Both the position numbers and the translations under genes were made by a program. The notes beneath the pieces are model-generated. The model had not been told where the DNA came from, ran no database searches, and worked only from the letters and a program-made list of their open reading frames with translations. 64,000 bases of DNA. Origin: Vulcanimicrobiota bacterium. Lineage in GTDB: Bacteria > Vulcanimicrobiota > Vulcanimicrobiia > Vulcanimicrobiales > Vulcanimicrobiaceae. The stretch is taken from assembly GCA_963786105.1 (NCBI GenBank), contig CAWAXX010000023.1:290228-354227 (forward strand), given 5' to 3'. Numbering within the stretch: the stretch's first letter is position 1; each line of letters starts with the position of its first letter. Below, piece by piece: positions 39,127-47,940 of the stretch.

Positions 39127-40188
39127 CTAGTTCGGCAGGGCGTTCGGCAGGGTCGTAAGTCCCCCGGTAGGGTCGCTATCGCTGTACGTGCCTTCCATTT
39201 GCGCGTTCGGGTACGACAGCTGCTCGATTAGCGAGATTCCGCTTGCCGTCGAGTCGGATAAGAACATATTCTGCGATGTCGCATCGAGACGGAACGTTCC
39301 CGGGCAGTTCGTACCCTTGAGGTTGGTTACGACTCCCGTTTTCGGTCCATACGGCTTGCTATACACGGTCATCCGGCCGTCGGTAGTGCCGGCGCAAGAG
39401 CCGGGGTCGTCGATCACGATCAAATCGTCGGTTTGAGGATCGATCCCAATGCCGGCCGGCACGCCGAGTTCGGCGTTGAGACTGAGCGCCACGCAGACTT
39501 GCGATCTAGCCGGAAACGGATACTTCACGACACCCATGAAGCTTGCAGGACCGTATCCGTTGACGAATACGTCGCCTTCGTTATCGACCGCTATGGCGAC
39601 CGCGTTGTTGACGTACGGGCAGGTGAGCTTTCTAAACGCCGAGCGGTCAAGGGGATAGGCGGTGACGCTCGACGCGTTGAGCGCGTAAATCGTATCGGCT
39701 TTGGCGAGCGCCAGGTCGAGCGGTGGACCGAATGGATCGGGATGGGTCATCTCTACTTGCGTAAGAAGATTGTACGTGACGACCCCGGGCGGCGAATAAC
39801 TGGCAATTGCGAGAAAGCCTCCGTCGGCGGCCATTCCGTACTCGCTCGTGATGCCGAGCTCCGAGGTGATCGCGATAGGATTTTTACTGCCGCCGGGCCG
39901 CATCCGCCAGTATTCGAGCGTCCCTGTTTGATTATCGAACGAGAGGAGCGCCGGCGCTTTCAGAAGCTCGGCCTTGGAGGCCTGCGGGGCGTGGCGAGCC
40001 ACGCTTTGGGGAAGCGCGTTTGGAGAAACATCCGTTTGCGTATCGCCGGCGCATCCGGCAACGAGTGCCACCGTGAGTCCTAATATCAAAAGAGCCAATA
40101 TGGACGGTACCCGAGTTGAGCTGAACGTCCGGTAACCAAGAAGCGTTGCCGGAATGCGAATCGTAAAGCCGCCTAGGGCCGAAGACAT
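39127..40188 (-). CDS. Beta-propeller lipoprotein (paralog of 25894..26898)
   Basis: AAGGAG RBS; VAGC; AIAVDNEGDVFVNGY, GIGIDPQTDDLIV; ends TTLPNALPN. Confidence 0.75.
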   Translation of the reverse strand: MSSALGGFTIRIPATLLGYRTFSSTRVPSILALLILGLTVALVAGCAGDTQTDVSPNALPQSVARHAPQASKAELLKAPALLSFDNQTGTLEYWRMRPGGSKNPIAITSELGITSEYGMAADGGFLAIASYSPPGVVTYNLLTQVEMTHPDPFGPPLDLALAKADTIYALNASSVTAYPLDRSAFRKLTCPYVNNAVAIAVDNEGDVFVNGYGPASFMGVVKYPFPARSQVCVALSLNAELGVPAGIGIDPQTDDLIVIDDPGSCAGTTDGRMTVYSKPYGPKTGVVTNLKGTNCPGTFRLDATSQNMFLSDSTASGISLIEQLSYPNAQMEGTYSDSDPTGGLTTLPNALPN

Positions 40189-40527
40189 GGTCGATCTCCT
40201 TAATACCGACTGGTTGCAAACGACGACCTCGACAAGACCTCATCAACGAGCGCAATTCGGGCGCGCCGGGGTGGAGGCCGAGATTGGAAAAAATCGTATT
40301 CATCCACACCCCCCACAGATTAGGAACGCGGCGTTGGACCGAACCCTGGAATCTTCGTTAGAATCTATCAAATTCTGGACCACTCACGCAAGCCGACGCT
40401 CGCCCGGCTTGCCCTCAGGCAATCTGCCGCCTGCTAGCGTGCAGGCGTAGTGCCGAACCGATTCAAAATGGACGGACCGAACGTTACAAAAAGGTCCTGG
40501 TTTGAGCCTGCCGGCAAGCACCGTCTG

Positions 40528-41877
40528 ATGACCGTTAAGCACTTCGCGTTATTTCCCACTGTCCTGCTCTGCGTCGCTTGTTCTAACGGCGTGGCTTCGA
40601 GCATTCCGTCGCCCCCGTTCCGGGCCTCGACCGTTGAAAAGCTCCGCCGGTCGCCGATCGCGCACGTGGTATTCTTGATTCAAGAGAACCGCTCGTTCAA
40701 TAACCTCTTCATGGGTTATCCCGGCGCGACTACGGCGACCTACGGATACGATACCGGCGGCCGGAAAATACGGCTGCATGCGCAACGTCTCGGGACCTCT
40801 TGGGATATCGATCATTCGTCGCGCGCGTTCTTCGCAGCGTGCGATGGAAGCGGAGCGCTTCCAGGGACCGATTGCAAGCTCGACGGCTGGAACAATGAAT
40901 CCGCGGGACAGGGCCATCCCGTCGACTTTGCTTATGCCTACGTACCGAAGCACGAGATTAAGCCGTATTGGGAGATCGCCGAGCAGTACGTGCTTGCCGA
41001 CCGGATGTTCGCGTCCGACCTCGACGGCAGCTTCGTCGCGCATCAGTACGCCGTCGCGGCCTATGCGAGCCGCGCGGTGGACTATCCTCGCTCGGACTGG
41101 GGATGCCAAGGCGGACCGTCGGACACGATTCCTACGCTGACCGCTTTGCGCGTCGACGGCCCAAGCATTCGCGCGTGTTTCGAAAACCCAACGATTGCCG
41201 ACGAGGCCGACGCCGCCGGCGTGAGTTGGCGTTTCTACGCCGGAAAGACCAACGGCGACGGTGGCCTTTGGTCGTCGTACCAGGCCGACCGAAAGATCTT
41301 TCGCGGTCCCGACTGGAAGGCGAACGTGATCGATCCGCCATCGCGGTTCCTGACCGATATCGCGAACGGCCAACTGGCGAGCATCACGTACGTCACGCCG
41401 ACCTTCGAAAACTCCGACCATGCGGGCCTGTTCGGCGTTTCCGGACCGGCGTGGATAGCCTCGGCCGTCAACGCGGTCGGCACGAGCAAATTCTGGAAAT
41501 CGACGGCGGTGTTCATCATGTGGGACGATTGGGGCGGATGGTTCGACCCCGTGCAACCCGTCTTCGAAGATTACGATGGGCTAGGGTTCCGCGTGCCCCT
41601 GCTCGTCGTTTCGCCCTACGCCAAACAAGGCTACGTCACACACGTTCAGTACGAGACCTCGAGCGTGCTCCGGTTTATGGAAGATACGTTCGGTCTGCCG
41701 CAGCTCGCCGAGAGCGACGCTAGGGCCAACGATCCCGTATCCGACGCGTTCGATTACCATCAGAAGCCGCGCCCGTTTAAAAGGATCGCTGGGGCTCTGC
41801 CCACCGAGCATTGGACCGCGCAGGACCGTTTGTCGCACGCGCGCGTTTTGCCGAAGAACTCGATCGGCGACGACTGA
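40528..41877 (+). CDS. Lipoprotein phosphoesterase, paralog 10
   Basis: CVAC; QENRSFNN, GSFVAHQ, NSDH, WDDWGGWFD; start uncertain (40450 or 40528). Confidence 0.88.
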   Translation: MTVKHFALFPTVLLCVACSNGVASSIPSPPFRASTVEKLRRSPIAHVVFLIQENRSFNNLFMGYPGATTATYGYDTGGRKIRLHAQRLGTSWDIDHSSRAFFAACDGSGALPGTDCKLDGWNNESAGQGHPVDFAYAYVPKHEIKPYWEIAEQYVLADRMFASDLDGSFVAHQYAVAAYASRAVDYPRSDWGCQGGPSDTIPTLTALRVDGPSIRACFENPTIADEADAAGVSWRFYAGKTNGDGGLWSSYQADRKIFRGPDWKANVIDPPSRFLTDIANGQLASITYVTPTFENSDHAGLFGVSGPAWIASAVNAVGTSKFWKSTAVFIMWDDWGGWFDPVQPVFEDYDGLGFRVPLLVVSPYAKQGYVTHVQYETSSVLRFMEDTFGLPQLAESDARANDPVSDAFDYHQKPRPFKRIAGALPTEHWTAQDRLSHARVLPKNSIGDD

Positions 41878-41895
41878 AGCTCATTCGCCGGTGAG

Positions 41896-41924
41896 AAAAA
41901 GAGGCCCGGCGTGAGCCGGGCCTC
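41896..41924 (-). terminator. Rho-independent terminator
   Basis: aaaaa followed by gaggcccggc-gtga-gccgggcctc, between convergent genes. Confidence 0.8.
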
Positions 41925-41959
41925 GTGCAGTCTGCTCGCGATCGACGCGAGTTGCTAGC

Positions 41960-42466
41960 CTACTTGGTCGTTGCGATTCCGAGATTTCCCGAAATGCAAC
42001 TCGGGCTTGCACCTAACGTGCACCCGGTGATCTCTTGCGTGTAAAGATAGTTGCCATGGCTGGGCTTGACGGCCTTCAATGGCTCGGTAAAGTTGTCGTT
42101 CACCGGGTTGCCGGGGTTCGGATCGAACGTCGCTTTGATTCTCCGGAATTTCCTACCCGTCGAATTCTTGATGATCACCGATTTAAATTTGTACGGACCC
42201 GGCAACGTGCCGCTGCAAACACCGGTGCTCGTGATGCAAATTCCAATCGTGCCACCGCTGGCCTTGTTGACCGTCGTGCACGCGAAGTCCGAAGCGGGGC
42301 ACGACGCGTCGCGCTGGCCGCCGGCGGCCACCAAGTGCAGAGTGGAGTGGGCCATCGGCGCAATTCCTTGCGCGCCGCTGGGCAGGGCCTGGGAGCCTCC
42401 GCCGGAGGAACACGCCACCAGTCCGGCAGCGAGCATGCCTGATGCCAGGAGAAGGGGTAGACGCAC
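41960..42466 (-). CDS. Small Cys-rich lipoprotein
   Basis: AAGGAG RBS; lipobox LVAC; three closely spaced Cys pairs. Confidence 0.7.
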   Translation of the reverse strand: MRLPLLLASGMLAAGLVACSSGGGSQALPSGAQGIAPMAHSTLHLVAAGGQRDASCPASDFACTTVNKASGGTIGICITSTGVCSGTLPGPYKFKSVIIKNSTGRKFRRIKATFDPNPGNPVNDNFTEPLKAVKPSHGNYLYTQEITGCTLGASPSCISGNLGIATTK

Positions 42467-42645
42467 TATTGAACTCCTTCATAGCTAAGGTAATTTGAGG
42501 CTGCACCACAGTGCCGCACCCGGCTGTTGCATCGCTCAAGATTCGCGACGCCCCGAAGGGCCGTTCGTGAGAACCCGGGCGGTGGCCGCCACCGCAGAGA
42601 TGCTTTCTAAGAGCCCGCTTCCCCTGCCAAAGAAAACGAGGTCGG

Positions 42646-43788
42646 CTAGGATCGGAACGGGTTCGCGAGTGCGGGATTACTGAGAAACGACTCGTCGGTG
42701 AGCGAGCGCAGAAAAGCGATGAGATCCGCACGCTCGAGCGGAGTCAGCGTAAACCCGTGAATGACCAGGTCCTTGTGCGGATTGAGCCGGCCTACGCCGG
42801 CGTACGGTCCGGTGGCGATGGTTCTCCCGCCCGCAGCGTAGTGGTCGATCGCGGCATCGAGATTTCGCACCGAGCCGTCGTGCATGTACGGTGCCCGCAC
42901 GGCGACGTTCCGCAGCGTCGGCGTTTTGAACGCACCGATGTACTTGGCGAGATGCGTGATCTCAAAAGCGCCGAGGTTGTTGGGTGGATACAAGCCCGTT
43001 CCGTGAACGTTGTAGAGCCCGGTGTTGTGAAACGAGCGTTGCACGAGGCGCGTCCGGACGTCGGCCATGCTGTCGGAAAAGTTTATGCCGCCGTGGCAAT
43101 GAAAGCAGTCGAGCCGCTCGCTGAAGAAGATCCGCTCACCACGCTTGGCAGCAACGCTTATGGCGCCGGCGTCGCGACCGTACCGGTAACGGTCGTACGG
43201 CGAGTTGAAGGAAATCATCGTGCGCTCGAATGACGCAATCGCCTTGGTGACGTTGCCCAGCGAAATCGGGTTTGGATCGCCCGGAAAAGCCGCGTGGAAC
43301 ATCGCCGGGTAGCGAGCATCGCCTGCGAGGCGCTCGACGAGCAGCCGCTGTTTGCCGGAAAGTCCGAGTTCGACGGGATGCTCGCCGAACATCGGTACGA
43401 GCATTTGCCTTTCGAGCTTCCGTTGTAGCGGATTCGCCCACGTGAGGACGGTGGCGTAACCGACGTTCGTGAGCGTCGGCGTGCGACGCGGATGGCGCAT
43501 CCCGGTGCTGCCGAGCGCGGTGGTGCGAGGGTCGGAGAACGCAAGCCGTTGGACGTGACAGCTCGCGCACGAGTAGGTTTGGTTTGCCGAAAGCTTCCGA
43601 TCGTAAAACAGGTAGTGTCCGAGGTCCACTTTGGCTTGGGTCATCGGGTTGTCGGCGGGAACGACCGGCCTCGCCGCCCAGGGAGGCAACTTCCAAACGT
43701 AATCGGGTTGCACGGTCGCCGAACATGCGTTACCGGCTAGCAGGAGGATAAGGGCGAGTACGACCCGCGCGCAGCGCGGAGCGTTCAT
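42646..43788 (-). CDS. mbnH: MbnH-like di-heme enzyme (bCcP/MauG superfamily)
   Basis: Two heme motifs CASCH and CFHCH; PADNPMTQAKVDLG..LFYD, FKTPTLRNVAVRAPYMHDGS. ATG 43788 overlaps the mbnP stop. Confidence 0.85.
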   Translation of the reverse strand: MNAPRCARVVLALILLLAGNACSATVQPDYVWKLPPWAARPVVPADNPMTQAKVDLGHYLFYDRKLSANQTYSCASCHVQRLAFSDPRTTALGSTGMRHPRRTPTLTNVGYATVLTWANPLQRKLERQMLVPMFGEHPVELGLSGKQRLLVERLAGDARYPAMFHAAFPGDPNPISLGNVTKAIASFERTMISFNSPYDRYRYGRDAGAISVAAKRGERIFFSERLDCFHCHGGINFSDSMADVRTRLVQRSFHNTGLYNVHGTGLYPPNNLGAFEITHLAKYIGAFKTPTLRNVAVRAPYMHDGSVRNLDAAIDHYAAGGRTIATGPYAGVGRLNPHKDLVIHGFTLTPLERADLIAFLRSLTDESFLSNPALANPFRS

Positions 43789-44591
43789 CGGACTACAAAG
43801 ACGGTCTGCGGCGCGCCCGATAGACCGAGCGACCGAAGCTCCGGGCCGCATACCTCGCCGCCCATCATCATGCAGCCGTTGCCGCGTTCGAGATCCACGC
43901 TTTCGACGAGTTTTGCAACGTCGAAGACGATCGTGCGCGACGTATCGAACGGCTGCAGGCGAACCGAGACGACGTTCGGCCGTGCGCAGCGCGAGCCGGC
44001 GTCGCTCCCCGTGCAGTCCGTACTGCCGAGATGGAAGACGAACGACGACGTCGTGCCGCCTTGCCCCCGTACGCGCGCGTCGAAACGAAAAAACTTGTAC
44101 CCGTCGCGCCAGCTCCAGAACATGTCGGAGAGGTTCAGCGGAGACGACGCGATGGTGGCGTCGGCGTGATCGAGCGACTGGGGAACGCCGACGGAGAAAC
44201 GGATCGCGACGTAATCGGCGGCTGGAGCGCTTCCGATGACGATTTCGTGCTCCTGCGGCGACCCGCTCGCGCAAGCGTCGTTCGTGCCTTCGAAGCTCAA
44301 GAAGGCGACGTCGCGCTGCTGCCACACGCCGTCTTGATCCAGCGCGAGCGGTGTTTCGCGGCCGTTGGGATCGATCAGTCTCAGGCCGTAAATGTAAAAG
44401 CGCAGAAACTCGGGCGTGACGGCGGCGTGCGTCGTACCTAATCGCAGGTACGTCACACCGCAAGCGAAGGGTCTGCCCGCAACCACGGCCGCGAAGCGGA
44501 TGCGGTACTCGCGGTTGCCGTCGGACACTCCGGCGGCGCAGAGAAGGGATGCGATGGCGACCCAGAGCGCGATGCGAACGGCGGTTATCAC
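43785..44591 (-). CDS. mbnP: MbnP-like copper-binding protein (four-Cys 'metallo-mystery pair' family)
   Basis: PFACG, LRFYI, FSVGVP...H, MFWSWRDGYKF (WxW), FHLGSTDC...CARPN, GCM; adjacent to the MbnH-like gene. Confidence 0.85.
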   Translation of the reverse strand: MITAVRIALWVAIASLLCAAGVSDGNREYRIRFAAVVAGRPFACGVTYLRLGTTHAAVTPEFLRFYIYGLRLIDPNGRETPLALDQDGVWQQRDVAFLSFEGTNDACASGSPQEHEIVIGSAPAADYVAIRFSVGVPQSLDHADATIASSPLNLSDMFWSWRDGYKFFRFDARVRGQGGTTSSFVFHLGSTDCTGSDAGSRCARPNVVSVRLQPFDTSRTIVFDVAKLVESVDLERGNGCMMMGGEVCGPELRSLGLSGAPQTVFVVR

Positions 44592-44600
44592 GCCCTTATT

Positions 44601-45470
44601 TTATGCGGGCGGCGGGGCTGGGTCTTGGACCAGATTTGCGCGTTCGTCGCGGCGATGCGCGCCCGGAGAACGGCCGGTGATGCGCTTGAACGCGTTGCTC
44701 ATGTGGCTTTGGTCCGTGAAGCCCGACTCGAGAGCGATCGTCCCGAGCGGATCGTCGCTTTCGATCAGACGGCGGCAAACGTGTTGAACGCGCAAGCCTA
44801 AAACCATATCGGAGATCGTACACCCGCGAAAACGGCGGAATGCGCGGCAGAGGTGTGCCGGATGCACTCCGGCGCGCGCGGCGGCGGCGCGCAGATCGAC
44901 CGGCTCCCGGAATCGATCGCAGACGCTCGCTTCGACCTCGCCCAGCCAAGACGGTTCGACCGAATCGTACGCGGGGCGCTGCGCGACGTGGGCGCAAAGC
45001 TGATAGACCAAGTCCTCGACGGCCCAGTCGGCCGCGCCGGCGCGAGCGTGATGTTCGCGATAGAGGCGCAACATGAGCCACACCGGATCGCCGCCGTGAA
45101 GTTCGAAGACGTTTGCACGAGCGCCTCCGAGCTCGGCAATGACGTCGTTCCACGGCGACAGCAGCTCGACGGCAAAAAACCGGCTCGGCGTAGCCATCTC
45201 GTCTTCGTGGAGCGTACGCGCGTCGTGAAAGACGAGCGTATAAGGCTCGTAAATGATATCGAATCCGGGACCGCGCTCGCTGTACGAGCCTTCGAGTAAA
45301 AGGCTAAAGTACGCGGATTCGTGGCGGTGAGGCGGGACGGCCTTGGCGATTGAATGCCGGACTTCGGAGAGAATGACGCCGGCGGTCCGCCACGAGGTCG
45401 TTTGGCCGGTGAAATAGCCTGCCGGAAAGACGTCCTCCATCGGCACGGCGCCGTTTTCGGCCGGCGTCAT
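44601..45470 (-). CDS. AraC-family transcriptional regulator with cupin-like sensor domain
   Basis: PPHRHE...H; HPAHLCRAFRR, IALESGFTDQSHMSNAFKRITGRSP. ATG overlaps the upstream stop. Confidence 0.9.
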   Translation of the reverse strand: MTPAENGAVPMEDVFPAGYFTGQTTSWRTAGVILSEVRHSIAKAVPPHRHESAYFSLLLEGSYSERGPGFDIIYEPYTLVFHDARTLHEDEMATPSRFFAVELLSPWNDVIAELGGARANVFELHGGDPVWLMLRLYREHHARAGAADWAVEDLVYQLCAHVAQRPAYDSVEPSWLGEVEASVCDRFREPVDLRAAAARAGVHPAHLCRAFRRFRGCTISDMVLGLRVQHVCRRLIESDDPLGTIALESGFTDQSHMSNAFKRITGRSPGAHRRDERANLVQDPAPPPA

Positions 45471-46360
45471 GCGATGTCTAAAAAGCGTGCCGGTGCCGCA
45501 TCGAAACGCTGCTTGTGAGCCGGCATGCAAAAGTAGTAGTTCTTGCCCATATACGTCGAAGCCGGTGCGTTTTTTGGGTCGACGTCCATCCAGCACACCG
45601 GACAGAGCGGGTGGCCGGTCGCCGACGGCGGCGGTTTCGCGTACGCTACGTTGGAACCCGCATTGCGCCATCCTTCGCCGGCGTATTCCATGTAGTACGC
45701 GGTCTGGCGCGCGATCTCGCGGCCGTAGTATCGCTCGACCACATGCAGCGCCAAGTCGATGCCGGCCGACAGTCCGGCGGAGGTCGCGACTCCACCCTCG
45801 TCGACGAATCGAGCGCCGCGTTTCACGGTTATCTGCGGATAATCCATCGCCAGCGTTACGAACGACCCGTGGTGCGTCGTTGCGTTGCGGCCGTCGAGCA
45901 GTCCCGCTTCGGCGAGCACGAACGCGCCGGTGCAAACCGACATCATCACGTCGGCTCGACGCGCAACCGCACGGAGCCAATCTTTAACGGGCGCAGTGGG
46001 AGGCGACTGGGCGGGAACGACCACCACTTTCGGTTCCGGCGCATGCGCCAGATCGAACTGAGGAATCAACCGGACACCGCTGCTGACGGCGACCGGCGCG
46101 GTCGTCTGGGCGACGGTGTATATTCGAAAGGCGGGCTCGCTTCGACCGGCAACGCGAGCGTCCTGAAAAACTTCCCATGGCCCGGCGAAGTCGATCATTA
46201 CCGCGCCGTCCGCTAGGAGGAAGGCGACCGGAACCCCGCCCTGGGGTGGGGTTAGCGGTGCCACGGTTGCCGGATCGCCCGAGGCGCTCGCGTCGCTCGA
46301 GGACGCCGCACAGAGTAGCCCAAGCGCCGCGGCGCCTTGCAATAGGTCGACTCGCTTCAT
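45467..46360 (-). CDS. Exported DJ-1/PfpI (isonitrile hydratase-like) protein with C-terminal YHS domain
   Basis: Signal MKRVDLLQGAAALG; IDFAGPWEVF, SVCTGA, TSAGLSAGID; C-terminal CPVCWMDVDP...YMGKNYYFC...F. Confidence 0.85.
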   Translation of the reverse strand: MKRVDLLQGAAALGLLCAASSSDASASGDPATVAPLTPPQGGVPVAFLLADGAVMIDFAGPWEVFQDARVAGRSEPAFRIYTVAQTTAPVAVSSGVRLIPQFDLAHAPEPKVVVVPAQSPPTAPVKDWLRAVARRADVMMSVCTGAFVLAEAGLLDGRNATTHHGSFVTLAMDYPQITVKRGARFVDEGGVATSAGLSAGIDLALHVVERYYGREIARQTAYYMEYAGEGWRNAGSNVAYAKPPPSATGHPLCPVCWMDVDPKNAPASTYMGKNYYFCMPAHKQRFDAAPARFLDIA

Positions 46361-46523
46361 AGCCCTGTCCTCACGTGCTTCATGGCTGGTAGTGTACGCG
46401 GCCGCGGGAAACCCGTCTTGTAAGCGATTTGCAAGCTTACCCGCTCGGCCCACGGGGGCTCGGGGATTTTCGTCGCGGCGGTCGTACGTGTCGAGTGTCT
46501 CATTCGCTGAGCTCAAGGAGCGC

Positions 46524-47930
46524 GTGTACGTGCGACGTTTCGGATTTTTCGACCGCTTACTCTGGCTCGGCGCCGTGACGCTGTTTCTCGCGTCCTGTGG
46601 CGGAAGTAACGGCGTCATGCCGTCGTCGGCGGGTCCGCCGGCGGCACGCCCGGCAGGGCGAGACGCAGCGGGCGGCCGCTTCGTCTCGAAGGCCAGCGGC
46701 AAGATCAAACACGTCGTCATTATCGTTCAAGAGAATCGCAGCTTCGACAACCTGTTTCAGGGTTTTCCCGATGCCGATACCAAGCCGTACGGCTACACGA
46801 GCACCGGTCAAAAGGTGAAGCTTAAACCCGTTGGTCTCGAAACCACCTGGGACGTCGAACATTCTTCCTATGGCTTTTATGCGGCGTGCGACGGTCAAGG
46901 CAGCATTCCGGGCACGAACTGCAAGATGGACGGATTCGACCGAGAGTTTGTGGGCTGTGGACATCGCTCGGGTCCTCCGTGTCCCAACTCGCATCCCCAG
47001 TACAGCTACGTGCCCAAGAGTGAAGTCCAGCCGTACTTCGCAATGGGGACGCAGTATGTGGTCGCCGACCGGATGTTCGCGTCGAACTTTGACGCGAGCA
47101 GTTTTGTTTCGCACCAATACATCATCGCCGCCCAATCAGACGCTGCCGTGAACTTTCCTAAGGGCGGATGGGGATGTGCCGGCGGTCCTAGCGAAAGGAT
47201 TGGGACTGTCACAATCATTCCTCCGCGAGGCACCGGGCCCCAAGTTCGCCCCTGTTTCGACTATCCGACGCTGGGTGACGAACTCGATACTGCCGGACTT
47301 TCGTGGGGGTTTTACACGTCGAGGCTGGATGGGGACGGCAATATCTGGAGCGCCTATCAGGCGGTAAAGCACATTTATCAGGGACCGGACTGGAACAGCG
47401 ACGTTATCACTCCGCAGACGAAGTTCTTAAGCGACGCAAATAGCAATCTCCGGACGGTGAGCTGGATCACGCCGACGTGCGAAAATTCGGACCATGCCGG
47501 CTGCGGTTCGAAGACGGGACCGGCCTGGGTGACGTCGCTGGTCAATGCGGTCGGCAAATCCAAGTATTGGAGCTCCACGGCCATCTTCATCATGTGGGAC
47601 GACTACGGCGGGTGGTACGATCACGTTCCGCCGCCGTACGTGGACTACGACGGTTTCGGGCTGCGCTTGCCGTTGATCGTGATTTCGCCCTACGCCAAGC
47701 AGAGATACGTCTCGCACGTTCAGTACGAGCACGGCAGCATTCTCCGGTTCGTGGAGGATCAGTTCGGGCTGGCGCGCTTGAGCGCGAGCGACGCGCGCGC
47801 GACCTCACCCGAAGCGGATTGTTTCGATTTTTCGCAGCCGCCGCGGCACTTCAAGCCGATTCGATCCAGCCTCGACCAACAGTTCTTCTTGCATCAGCCG
47901 CCCGACCGGCGGCCTCCTGACACGCAATAG
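46524..47930 (+). CDS. Lipoprotein phosphoesterase, paralog 11
   Basis: AAGGAG before GTG; lipobox LASC; family motifs. Confidence 0.9.
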   Translation: MYVRRFGFFDRLLWLGAVTLFLASCGGSNGVMPSSAGPPAARPAGRDAAGGRFVSKASGKIKHVVIIVQENRSFDNLFQGFPDADTKPYGYTSTGQKVKLKPVGLETTWDVEHSSYGFYAACDGQGSIPGTNCKMDGFDREFVGCGHRSGPPCPNSHPQYSYVPKSEVQPYFAMGTQYVVADRMFASNFDASSFVSHQYIIAAQSDAAVNFPKGGWGCAGGPSERIGTVTIIPPRGTGPQVRPCFDYPTLGDELDTAGLSWGFYTSRLDGDGNIWSAYQAVKHIYQGPDWNSDVITPQTKFLSDANSNLRTVSWITPTCENSDHAGCGSKTGPAWVTSLVNAVGKSKYWSSTAIFIMWDDYGGWYDHVPPPYVDYDGFGLRLPLIVISPYAKQRYVSHVQYEHGSILRFVEDQFGLARLSASDARATSPEADCFDFSQPPRHFKPIRSSLDQQFFLHQPPDRRPPDTQ

Positions 47931-47940
47931 GAGACCCACC

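Noticed and set aside
42646..44591. Methanobactin biosynthetic cluster
   Set aside because: Only the MbnP/MbnH-like pair is present; no mbnA, mbnB or mbnC is recognisable.
44601..46720. Extended N-termini in the ORF track for AraC (45980), DJ-1 (46720) and MbnH (44463)
   Set aside because: The extensions overlap neighbouring genes; internal ATGs give ATGA coupling or clear signal peptides.
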